Part shown: piece after piece, positions 37,757 to 49,690 of the stretch
How the letters are laid out: each line of letters starts with the position of its first letter
How positions within the stretch are numbered: position 1 is the first letter of the stretch
NCBI RefSeq assembly: GCF_006345805.1
Contig: NC_042998.1
Coordinates: 66,340,001 to 66,404,000 of the forward strand
Length of the DNA: 64,000 nucleotides
Reading direction: 5' to 3'
Source of the DNA: Octopus sinensis
Taxonomy: Eukaryota
Notes under the pieces: model-generated
The model's input: the letters and a program-made list of their open reading frames with translations, nothing else
What the model was told of the DNA's origin: nothing
Databases searched by the model: none
Position numbers and translations under genes: made by a program

Positions 37757-38420
37757 TTCTTCTTCTTCTTCTTCTTCTTCTTCTTCTTCTTCTTCTTCTT
37801 CTTCTTCTTCTTCTTCTTCTTCTTCTTCTTCTTCTTCTTCTTCTTCTTCTTCTTCTTCTTCTTCTTCTTCTTCTTCTTCTTCTTCTTCTTCTTCTTCTTC
37901 TTCTTCTTTATAATTATTATCATTATTCCTATTTCTCTTTCTGTTCTGATTCTTCTCGCCTTTCTCCTTTTCTTTTTTCTTCTTCTCCTACTCTTCCTCC
38001 TCCTTTCTCCTTCCTCCTTCTCCTCCTCTCCCCTGCTTTTCTCACTCATCCCCCTCCTGCTCCTTCTTGTTCTTCTTGTTCTTTCTCTTTCTCTTCTGCT
38101 TCTTCTCTTTCTGCTCGTTTCCTTTTCCTTCTTCTCCTCTTCCTCCTTCTCCTTCTCTCCCTCTCCTTCTCTCACTTGTCCCCCAACTGCTCCTTCTTGT
38201 TCTTCTTTCTCTTTCTCTTCTGCTTCTTCTCCACTTTCTCCTCTTCTCCTTTTTCTTCTCCTCTTCTTCCGACCTTCCCCCCTTCTTCCTCCTCCTTCTA
38301 TACTCCTCCTTTTCTCACTCATCCCCTGTTCTCCTTCTTGTTCTTCTCGTTCTTTCTCAAGTCCTCTTTCTCATTTTGTTTTCTTCTCTTCCTCCTCCTT
38401 CGCTCTCTCCTTCTACTCCG
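37757..38420. repeat. Long (TTC)n tract plus pyrimidine-rich low-complexity region
   Basis: About 150 bp of pure (TTC)n followed by about 500 bp of almost only C and T. Confidence 0.95.
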
Positions 38421-38619
38421 CCTGTTTTATTATTTTCTAGCTTCTTATCAGTGTGAATAGGAAAATCTCATAAGATCTTATATTTTTTCCGTTTCAAGTC
38501 TCTTTCTACACGATGATTATACTTTGTATAATCTCTTTCTACACGTCTCTTTCAATACGATGATTATACAATGTACTTTCAGTTTCAAAGCCCCGTTTGT
38601 TACAAAGCTTCAAGTGCAA

Positions 38620-41600
38620 AACTTTCACAAACTGGTCATGCTTTAATTTGTTATATTCTCTCTGGGCCAAGTTGGGACATTGTTCTATCTCAAATTCCAT
38701 ATAATCTACATTTTCCTAACCCCTTCTCTCCATTCACATATTTTCTCAAGTTCATCATTTCTAACGCTTGATCTTGAACTACTATAATAAGGCTTGTTTT
38801 CCTTTTTTTAATTGCCCTGTTTTCAGTAAAGTCCAGGTTCTTATTCTGCATACACCCTCAGTGGCTTTCCCAAACTGGTCATGCAAAGGTTTCTCTTCCA
38901 TCTGTTTGAATTGTTCTCTTTGAATTTCATTCTTATCCTTTTCACCTATTCCACACTTGATCACCAATTCTCTATTCACTACCTTTAGTAATTTCTCTGT
39001 GCTATTCTGTAAATATTCTAGTAGGCCTATTCTTTCTATCTGTATATCCTCTTCCACAGAAATTAAGACGCTTCTTTCCTGAACTGTCCTCAAGTAAAAT
39101 CGGTTCATATAAGCATTGGGATGGTGGTCTACGGATATTATCAAGAGATTTCTAATTTTTCCGTCAAATTTCTCTATGTCACTTTTGGTCCGATCCACAA
39201 TTCCAATTCCCTATCGGATTACAGGCAATGCTTTTGCATTTATTGCTTCCATAGACGAAAGCGATCATCATTGAGGCAATCACACCGGATTATAGAATCC
39301 CACAGGATTTCATATTCATTGCTCTCTGCGACGCATTATGGTTCATGTTCGTAACATTTCCCTGCTCTGAGCAGACCGTCCTTTTCACACAGTTTCCAGT
39401 GAATAAATTAAGCCACGTTATCATGCTTTATGTTTTAGTGCTTTTGGACTTGCTACACTCACAATATGTGAGATTGCTTCCTTTTTTACTGCTACACATC
39501 CTACAAAGGGATGATTCACTGCTCTTATCTATTTGGGACTTAGTGTAATTAGTTCTCAGGCTGTGTCTCTAGGCATGGCATATCAGTGCCTCAATGCATC
39601 ATTTCGGGTCACTTTTTCTTATCCATCTTTAGGTGATGGTATTGTCTTATCCTTCAATTTCTCTGAGGTATAGCCCATGCATTTTTTCATTTTCCAATTA
39701 TTTATTCTTTGTTCTTCATCTTGTTTCTTAAATGGTTTTGGGTCCGTCATATTTTCCACCTTCCTTTCGAGGTATATATAGTATTGTTACTATGATCCTT
39801 GGGTGGAATCCTCTATTCATATTAAATTCCATCCTCGTTCTTCTGTCTAGTTTTGCTAATTCAGTTTTTGTCCAATCCGCAGAAGCTGCTGTGTATCTAA
39901 GTAATGATACTGCCCAAGTATTTACAGCCTTCACTAGATTCAGACCATTTAGCTTTGATTTCATTCATTTTCTCACACTTTTGATATACTATTTCTCAAT
40001 TTTCGTTTTCACATACCTGCAGTTAGTACTCAGTCAGATTCTGATACTCCTACATACTTATAACTCTCTCCTTCTCTCAATGATTTTAATATCTGGCTAT
40101 CTGCTAATTGGATGCCTTCGCTCTTGACTACCTGTCCCCTTTGCAAGACTAATCTTTCACACGTTACCATATTCCTTGCCTATATCTTTCCCGAAGAGTC
40201 TTACATTTTGTATTAAGGAAACTATCTCTTTTTCATTCTTACTAAAAAGCTTCAGATCATCCATGTAGAGCAAATGGTTAATTTCTCCATTAATATTTCT
40301 GAACTAATATTCTGTCTTTGCCTTTCTTAATACTAAACTGAAGGGGATCAAACATATGACAAGTATTAATATGGACTACAAGTCCCCTTGAAAAATTTCT
40401 CGTTTGTTATTAACCTTCTCTGAGTGTGTGTTGCTTGAGTAGAGATCTACTTTCCATTTCTTCAAGCTACAGCTAATTATTTTTCTTATGTTGTCTGCTA
40501 TACTGAATATACTCAAACATTCACGTTCCTATAATCTATCCATGCTATTATTAGATTTTTCTTTTTAGCTTTTATTTCATTTACAACTGCTTTGTCTATA
40601 TATATAATAGATCATGCGTTCCGCCACTCTTCTTCCTGTAACCTTTCTGTACTTCTGGTAGTAAATTCAGGTTGTGAAAGTGCTCGTAAATGCATTCTGA
40701 AAGCATTCCTGTTAACAGTTAATGTTAAGCAAGTGATTGGTCTAATGTTGCTAGCTGTACTACGTTTGCTGTTACCCTTCCCAATGGGTTTTGTCCTCCC
40801 TCTAATCATCAAATCTACTATTATTCCTCCATTAAGGCAATCCTGAAGTTGTTCCCTCAGCCTCCCATGTAAAATACTGAATTTCTTTAGCCAGTACATT
40901 TGAACTAAATCCGGTACTGGGCCCTTCCAATTTGGCATTTTTCTTAACATTTTACTTATTAATGCTCTAGGTAATCTTATATGTGGATGCTTCTCACTTA
41001 TTACTTCTTCCTTCACTTTCTTTAACCATACTGCATCTCCATTATCATTGACTGGTCTATCCCAAATATTACTCCAGAACTTTCTAGCTTCCTCTGCATT
41101 ATGTTTCTCATCTTCAGTACTTCCTTCTCCACTACTATTTATTTGGTTGTAAAATATCCACTGGTCTGTCTCAAATAATCTATTCTGTTGATACTTATCT
41201 ATCCTTTTCTGGTATCTGGATAGCTTGACTACTACTGCTACGATACACTGTTTCAACTCTTCTAATACTGTCCCAAATCCTTTCTCTTTGACTAAATATC
41301 TTTTCTCGAGGGGAGATTTGCATCTTGTGTTTCTTAACTTGTTCACTTTCCAGGTTTCTATTCTATTCAGATCTTGCCTTAAAATATTCACTTTATTTTG
41401 TAGTCTCCTTTTACACATTTGAGATGATATATCTGTGAGATATGTAATCTTCCGGTGATTACTACCCCTCCTGCAAAATCAATTAGTTAGGGTATTTTAT
41501 ATTTTTAGTATCTATCCTACTGATAATGGAATGTACTTTCCTAGCCATTTCTTGTAGTTTCCTTCTGTTGATGTCTTTTAATTCTGGCAATCTGTTTCGT

Positions 41601-42120
41601 ACTTCTTTACTCACTACTTCCTTCAAATCATCTAAAGTCTTCTGATCTTCCTCACTGAAGTCGTTGGTGCCAGTTGTCCCTTCCTTATCGGTAGCACTAT
41701 TATTATTTTTCTTTAGGTTCTTCTTTGCTTTGAGATATATCTCTTATGTTGTTGTTTGTCTTTCCCACTGCTTGGTCTTTCTTTTCCAGTTCTCTTATGA
41801 TCTCTTCTACTTCCAATTGTGTCATCCACTTTCTTCTCCTAATAGTATTAGCTTGATCAACGAATCTCTGCTCAGTTACTTTAAACATACCCTTTCTACT
41901 CGAAATGTTAACATCTGTTTTCTATAGCACCTTCTTTTAGGTTCAGTTTCTAAATAGCTCTGTATCACTATCTTGTTTCCTTCACTCGTCCACTTCCATC
42001 TCTTTACTCTATTATCTGTTGATGCCGCATTAAGATTACAGCTGTGGTCAGTCTGCATATTTACTGGTCCACTGCCGAAAAAGAGGCCGTTTCTTAAAGG
42101 TCCAAATTCTTATTCGCTGT
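38620..42120 (-). mobile_element. Near-full-length degraded R4/Dong LINE, 3' end lost
   Basis: WKWTSEGNKIVIQSY N-terminus, ORF 40612-41418 (KFWSNIWD, MPNWKGPVPD, RPITCLT), HLLYMDDLKL, KAVNTWAVSLLRY, EKPLHDQF. Confidence 0.9.
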
Positions 42121-42654
42121 AACAAACAGAGTTTTTCGGAAACTCCTGTCTCTTGTAAACTGTGGTAAAGTAACGTTTGTTCATATCTTCGTCACTACTA
42201 TTATTTCTCGACATCTGAATGTTTCAAGCAACTTTCTATTGGAACATTTGTTGCATCTTTGAGCTGGTGGGGTGAGGTGGGGTGCGCTGAAGTGTTTCTT
42301 CTTTTTTTTTTCGCGGGATGGAATATTGTATTTTATCAGTACGCTCGGTTTTGGGGTTTTGTTTGAGACTTTGGTTGTATTAGATTTTAGCTTGTGTGTT
42401 GTTTGTGTAGCACCGGTTGTGGTCTTCTGCTTGCGTTCTTCTCTCGTTATCATCATAAAAAAAACAAGCAAAAAACGGCGGACGGATAATCATAAATATT
42501 ATGAAATAGCTGATTTAGGTGTGTAACTTCTAAATCAGCATACACACACACAGAGATACACACACGTGCACACGCAAACACACAATACTGTGCAACACCT
42601 CTCCAAAATCATGCAAGAATAAACTGAAATTTTAGGGAAGGGAACTAGTATGAT

Positions 42655-42665
42655 GATGATGATGA

Positions 42666-42737
<72 letters not shown>

Positions 42738-42740
42738 TAC

Positions 42741-42772
<32 letters not shown>

Positions 42773-42775
42773 TCG
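42655..42775. repeat. (GAT)n/(TAT)n microsatellite
   Basis: Direct reading. Confidence 0.95.
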
Positions 42776-44139
42776 TATTTATAAGCTTTCCTTATTCACA
42801 TGATAAATTTCTTAATTCACTGTTGTGATTACCAAATTGCACACACTTAGGACTACATCTTTCTAACCAATTCAGTTGTACCTTACAATTTGTGTATGTG
42901 CTGTTTCTTGATACGTCAACGAATCTGCTTTTCTTCTTTCTAACATTCGTGCTTATAATTTCAAGTATATAGTAAACTTTCATTTGATATTCTCTTTTCA
43001 GTTCACATCTAAGTTTATCACCGAGAAACGTAATTCCCCGTCCACCTCACTTCTCCAATTCAACTACTTTATCTTTCCTAGATCTCCGACCCCTTCTTAT
43101 AAGTTTTCATCTCTTATCTATAAAGTCACACAATTGTCTTGGCTGCGTTCCATGATGAATAGGCAGACATTTCTTCTTTGAAACTCTGCTCTTCAACTTT
43201 ACCTCCATTTTCTGTCTCATATGCATTCTTTTACATTATCTGTTCCCTTGCCGCATTCCCTTCTTCGTCTTTGCTTTTTTATCATCTGCTTTTCGTGGTT
43301 TTTCTTTTGTTCATCAAGCCATCTACACTTATACAATTGTTGTTTCATCCTCATCGATTTTATTCCATTCTTTACTAGTACACATCAACCTTACTTGCAT
43401 ATCAATCAGGAATAAACTCTTCGAAAATTTTATTCAGAAAGATTAGTGAACTTTAAGCACTTCTGAACCCCATCACACCAGAAATCTCGAATACCTATTC
43501 GAAAAGTCTTTTATTGAGGAGATTCAACAAGACAGTACGCCTAACATTTCCCTTGAACAAGACAACATATTTTTTATGCTCTTCTGCACCATACGCTTAT
43601 TGAATATTAAAATTTCTGGCATTCCTGTTACAACTTTCTATTATTGTGCGTATTCTATATTTCACCTACATTTCATCCACATTTATAATTTCCTTTCAAG
43701 CATTTCCAAAATTTTAAGTGTAAATTGATAATGACCAGATTCACTAATTATTTGTGTACCTGAGAATTTGGATACGACTTACAAATCCTTCCTTCCGCTG
43801 TTCATTAAGCACTTGCATATTATTGCATATTATCAAGTCTCACGAATGGCATCATTATGCAAATGGTAGCATGCTTCACTGTCCGTTATCCTTCAAAATA
43901 GAACACTCATGCATATGCAAATACGTTTCAATCCTAGAATTGCTGTGATTTCATGAATAAAAATTTCGAAAAGCAATTTCAGTAATGAGAGCAAAGAATC
44001 AATATGGATACATAAAAACCATGGTTACACCACATTTCTTTATCGTTTGAAATCCAGCAAGATGTTCTTTGAATAAATGCCAATACTTGCCACACATGTT
44101 ATGATCTCATGTACTTAGTTTGTACAAAGGCCCTGCATT

Positions 44140-44291
44140 CGCTGTGAGGTAAGTAGCTTGCTTACCAACCACATGGTTCTGGGTTCAGTTCCACTGCGGG
44201 GCAACTTCGGCAAGTGTCTTCTACTATAGCTTCGGGCCGACCAAAGCCTTGTGATTGGATTTGGTAGACGGAAACTGAAAGAAGCTCGTCG

Positions 44292-44366
<75 letters not shown>

Positions 44367-44550
44367 ATGTAAATGTTTCTGTGTCTGTGTTTGTCCCCAA
44401 AACATTGCTTGACAACCGATGATGGTGTGTTTACATCCCTGTAACTTAGCGGTTCGGCAAAACAAACCGAGAGAATAAGTACTAGGCTTACAAAGAATAA
44501 GTCCTATGCTCCAGCATGGCCACAGTCAAATGACTGAAACAAGTAAATAT
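44140..44550 (+). mobile_element. SINE family A, full length
   Basis: Head gctgtgaggtaagtagcttg...ggttctgggttcagttcc, (TA)n(TG)n spacer, tail ending atgactgaaacaagtaaa. Confidence 0.9.
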
Positions 44551-46350
44551 TAATACGATAAGTTCATTTGCCATAATGAATAATGAAACAAGCCTGGAGT
44601 CAATCAGAAACTTATGTCTCTTATGGTTATTTATTTTTCATTTAGTCTACATCCTCCATTTAACTATGAACAGATATACAGTTCGAACTTCTTCAATATA
44701 TGAAATCTAAGTTTCGCCCATCGTACGTTTTGCCGCATTGCATTTCATTTGCTTCACATGCATTCATAGATTTGTTTTTGTCTCTGACTTGTTATTGCAA
44801 CAGGACGAATTTAAAAAGCGCTGGTAAACTGATGTGGTCAAAAGTATTTCAATTACTAACATCTGATTTTGGGAGAGGAATCGATAACTGCTTATACAAT
44901 AGGCATCACCGTTCTGTAAGAGAGTAAAGCGTGTTTTCAATAATGCTATGTTAACTAAGTACCGCCCTAATCATGGCTCGAGTTGGCATCGTTCCTGATA
45001 CACATTTCAGAACGCAAAATATTGAACAATATGAAATAGAGTTTAGATAAATTGTATATCCAATGTCATCATAGTGTAACATATTACATAAAGTATACGT
45101 AGTAAACAAGGAAACGGTATATATATATGAATAATATTCAGTAGTCTCTCGGCAATACATTCCCAATATGCAATCTCTGTTTAATATAATATCAATCCTA
45201 TCTCAGTGTATATATTTGATAATATAAATCAAAACGATAAATATTCTGTGATAAAATCCTACAAAGAGAATATTAAAACTTTAGCAAAACTAACAACATT
45301 TTATTATCAGATACATCAAGTAATCAAACAACATTGAAATCGTGTGTAAAATATAGACACCTTCTATGTTTAGGCCAAGATATATCGGAATCTCTAGTGA
45401 TATCAATGTATTATTAGGTTTCCGATGTTTATGAGATGATCATTGAAGGGAATTTATTGCATTGCACTGCAAATATAGCATGTATAATTGGGGTCGACTG
45501 TCAGTTATTAGCATACTCAATTTCTCTCATGTTTCTCAGTCTATCTGAATCGTAATCTGGTCGAAATTATTCATACGAAAGTCTTACACAGAATGACATT
45601 AGGACACAAGCTAAAGCAGGACTACGTCCTATAATTTTCGTCGTTCGAATACATATGAATTATTAACCAGCTTTTCTTAATCTAGAAAAGATAACTATAA
45701 ATGCGTTCGCATTCTTGACAAGACAAAATGTCACAAAATTATATTAAAGGGAAATCAAAATATGTGACTCCTACGATTTTCTCATACAGATTACATATTG
45801 TAAAAATTATTTTATTTAGAGCCACAATGCGTTATAGTTACAGAGAGGATGCATATCATTCGTAAAACAAGATAGATAAAAAAATTTACAATAACCATAT
45901 TCTGACATTCGCTTTGAAGTTGGAATTCTCATATACTGTGACAATATAAAAGAAGACAACTTTGGACAGTTGCTTATCACATCACTTCATATCTTTAATG
46001 CAATCTTTTCTTCAATATAGTCTAAATTCTATGAATTAAATGTTAGTTAATGCTTAGAATTGTACGGAATAAGACAACATTGTTAATACATATTCTTTGA
46101 TAAACATGATCAGGCAGGTATTTATATACCTATATGTGTGTGTACTATTATTGTTGTTGTTTTTATTTCATATACGCTCAACAAATTAAACTGTTAAAAA
46201 CGAAAAATTCCTAACATCGGGCTCCAACAAAGAAACCTTAGATGCCAAGAACCCCCTAAGTATCCTAGCTGTCCCAAATAACAGTTTTCTTGAACTGTAC
46301 TAAACTACATTTTATGCCTATTCCCTCTACCGATCTATTCAAGTCTTTAG

Positions 46351-46384
<34 letters not shown>

Positions 46385-46396
<12 letters not shown>

Positions 46397-47288
46397 TTTT
46401 TTTTTCTTCTTTCAAATATGCTTCCATTTCTTGCCGAGTGTCTTCCCTACATTGGTAGGCCATTAAACCAAACTCAGTAATTCGTTCATTTTTTTTTTTT
46501 TAAGTTAAATTAAAATACATGAGCAGCAACAGTTCTAACATCGACAATGCTCTTCTCAATACGTGTGATGTACCAGTTAAGACAATTTTTTGCACTTCTT
46601 GCAGGGATGGTAAGCCAGGGATCATTCTCATATAATTTTCGGTTCCCTTCTTGATCATTCCTAGTGCTCCTACGATCACTGGTATTGTAACCGCCTTGAG
46701 ATGCCACATTTTCTCAATTTCAATGAGTAGGTCTTTATATTTTCTGAGCTTGTCAAACTCTTTCGCTGAGATATTATGATCACAGGGGATGCTCATGTCG
46801 ATCAATAAGCAAACTTTATTGTTTTGGTCTTTCACAACAATATCTGGTTTATTGGCCTTGATGGTTCGGTCTGTATGTACTGGAAAGTCCCACAGAATGG
46901 TTACATTTTCTCCTTCAGTTACAGCCTCAGGGTGGTGATTATACCACTTGTCGGCAGTTTTGATATTATAATGCCGACTTATTAGCCAGTGGAGATATTG
47001 GCCAACTCTGTCATGTCTTACTTTATACTCCACTGATGCTAAGACTTTACATCCAGAGATTAGGTGGTCCACTGTTTCAATCATGTCGTTGCAGAATCGG
47101 CATTTTGGGTCTGCTCCATTTTTCATCACATTGGCCTGGTAGTTCCGGGTTAATAGGCTTTGATCTTGAGCAGCCAGGATGAAATCTTCGCTCTCTGCTT
47201 TTAGCCCTGAGCTCCGTAGCCACTGATGGGTTTGCTTCTGGTCAACATCAGCTTGTTTGCTGCGGGTCACATATTTGCCGTGCAGAGG
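46385..47288 (-). mobile_element. 5'-truncated R4/Dong LINE (third subfamily) with uninterrupted C-terminal frame
   Basis: Frame 46500-47270 (256 aa) contains QWLRSSGLK, CRFC..DHLISGC, RHDRVG, KPDIVV, EFDKLRKYKDL, VIVGALG. Flanked by (TAA)n. Confidence 0.95.
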
Positions 47289-47317
47289 TTATTATTATTA
47301 TTATTATTACTATTATT

Positions 47318-47350
<33 letters not shown>

Positions 47351-47417
47351 TTATTATTATTATTATTATTATTATTATATTATTATTATTATTATATTAT
47401 TATTATTATTATTATTA

Positions 47418-48525
47418 TTCAGTAGTTTTATTTTTATAGCGTGCTTTCACTTCACTACCGAGCGCAGCTCTGTGTGCCTTGGGTATAGCTGTGATTTGTT
47501 GTGATGCTCTGATGGTTATTGTATGGAAAGTGTTCTGCGTAGGATGTGTGCAGTGCCTAGTAGTGCAATTTTCTGTATGTTATATGTGTTTGTAAGTCCT
47601 GGTGTTTTTGTTATGTATTTGTCTGAATATTTTTTTATCATGCCTAATGCACCTACTATGATAGGAATTGTTTCTGTTTTCAGGTTCCACATTCTACTTA
47701 CCTCTATTTCCAGGTCTTTGTATTTTGAGAGTTTCTCCATTTCTTTTAGAGACACGTTGTCATCTGCCGGTATTGATACATCAATTAGAAAGCATTTTTT
47801 TCTTCGTGATCTCTGAAACTATATCTGGTCTGTTGGCCTTAATTTCTCTATCTGTGTGTATCGGCATATCCCAGAGTATGGTTGCTTTCTCGTTTTCTGT
47901 GACCTTTTCTGGTGTGTGCCTATACCATCTTTTTTCTGTTGTTATTCCATAATGTTGGCATAGCTTCCAATGTATGTAGGTTCCAACTCTGTCATGTCTG
48001 TGAATATATTCCTTCTTAGCCAGGACTGGGCAGCTAGAGATAATATGATTTATTGTTTCTTGTCCATATCCACATATTCTGCAGTTACTTGTAATATTTC
48101 TTTTCATTACATGTTTTTGGTAATTTCTGGTGGGGAGGCTTTGGTCTTGTGCTGCAATTAAAAATCCCTCTGTTTCTGCTTTGAGTCCTGAGCTTCTCAA
48201 CCATTGCTGGGATTTTTCTTTGTCTATTTCTTTTGCGTTTAGGGGCTTTTCTTGCCATCGTTTTATCATGGCTCGTTGCTGTTCTATTTTTAGTTTGGAT
48301 TTCATTTGTTTTATAGCTTTTGTTGTTTCTTCATCATCTTCTTCTTCTTCTTCTTTGTGTTTATTAGGTGGTATGATGTTTTCTTTGTATTTGTCAGCTT
48401 CCTTAAATACTGAGAACAGTTTTTTGTTTTGCTCGTGTTTTGCTGCTATCTGGATCAGTTTTCCTTCCTTCTGAAGTAGGTATTTTTGCAGTCCTATGGT
48501 GGTTATTTTATAGTAGTTTTCCAGC

Positions 48526-48528
<3 letters not shown>
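47418..48528 (-). mobile_element. 5'-truncated copy of the young Dong subfamily
   Basis: Near-identical to 18835-19965, with small indels. (TAA)n on both flanks. Confidence 0.95.
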
Positions 48529-48569
<41 letters not shown>

Positions 48570-48829
48570 TATTATTATTATTATTATTATCTCTTTATCA
48601 CAGGTTTTGTTGGAGCTCCTGGATTATTGCATGTGGAACGGGCGACGAGACCATCTGCAAGCTACAACGTGACCACCAGGCCGCCCGTTTTCCTTCCATT
48701 TGTGCTCATCTGCAGTTGTGGACACCCGTCCGCTACAAATACCCGTTGTTCGATCCAGGTCACAATATATAAAAGAAATTAGTGAAAAACGATCACAGAT
48801 CATGCAACAAGCAAAATATCAAGTTACAA

Positions 48830-49690
48830 AATCTCGGTAAGATATGAAAGTATTAGCTATAAATAATATATGTTTAATGCAGGTAAATTTCAAGTCCTCT
48901 GCTACCAGCTAATTGTTGCTGAGAAATCACAACAACGATACTTAGGACCAAACCAGCAGCAATCCTAGAATCACATACGGTTCGTAATTTTGGAGTTGAT
49001 ATGAGCAACGATGCCTCGTTCCACATGCATATCACCAAGGTGGTAGCAGTGTGCAGGCGAATGGCCAGATGGATTCTGAGAACACTCAGCGCAAGGGCCT
49101 AGGAATCTATGCTGGTTCTATGGAACCAGCCGTCTGGACTGCTGCTCTCAACTGTAGTCACCTTTCAGTGTAAGATTAATAACAGAACTTGAGGTGGTTC
49201 AGCGATAATACACGAAGAAGAATTGCATCAATGGAACAGCTGAGCTAGTGGGAGAGACTGCAAGAGCTACGACTCTACTCCCTGGAGTGAAGTCGGGATA
49301 GGTGTGCAGTGATATATGAGTGGAAGATACTGCAATGACTGGCACCAAACTTCTAAATTGAGAATTACACCAGGCCTTGAACTGCACGTCACACTGTTCC
49401 AAAAGTCCAAGCTGAATCATCTAAGGTGAGGGCCATGTACTGCAATAGCTTGGGATTCAAGGACCCATAGCTATTTAACGCCTTATCAAAGCATCTAATC
49501 TCCATGGAGTTGGGATAGATGTTTTCAAGAAACAATTTGATCTCTTGCTATCAAAGATCCCAGATGAACCAATATCAGAAATTTCAAAAGAAGGCAGTCG
49601 TATCGGAATCTCTCCTTCAGCAAAATCCAATCCTATAGAAATAGCCAACTAAAAGGTGATTACACTGACATTGCTCCAGCATGATCACAG
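48830..49690 (+). mobile_element. CR1-like LINE 3' fragment, degraded
   Basis: Translates in pieces to NFGVDMSNDASFHMHITKVV..CRRMARWILRT, LDCCSQL, S*WERLQELRLYSL and IPDEP. Confidence 0.8.

Noticed and set aside
38480-38570. Short repeated motifs tctttctacacg and acgatgattatac
   Set aside because: A small local slippage duplication with no further structure.
46500-47270. 256-aa ORF as a functional gene
   Set aside because: It is the C-terminal part of a 5'-truncated LINE ORF and lacks the RT domain and a genuine start.
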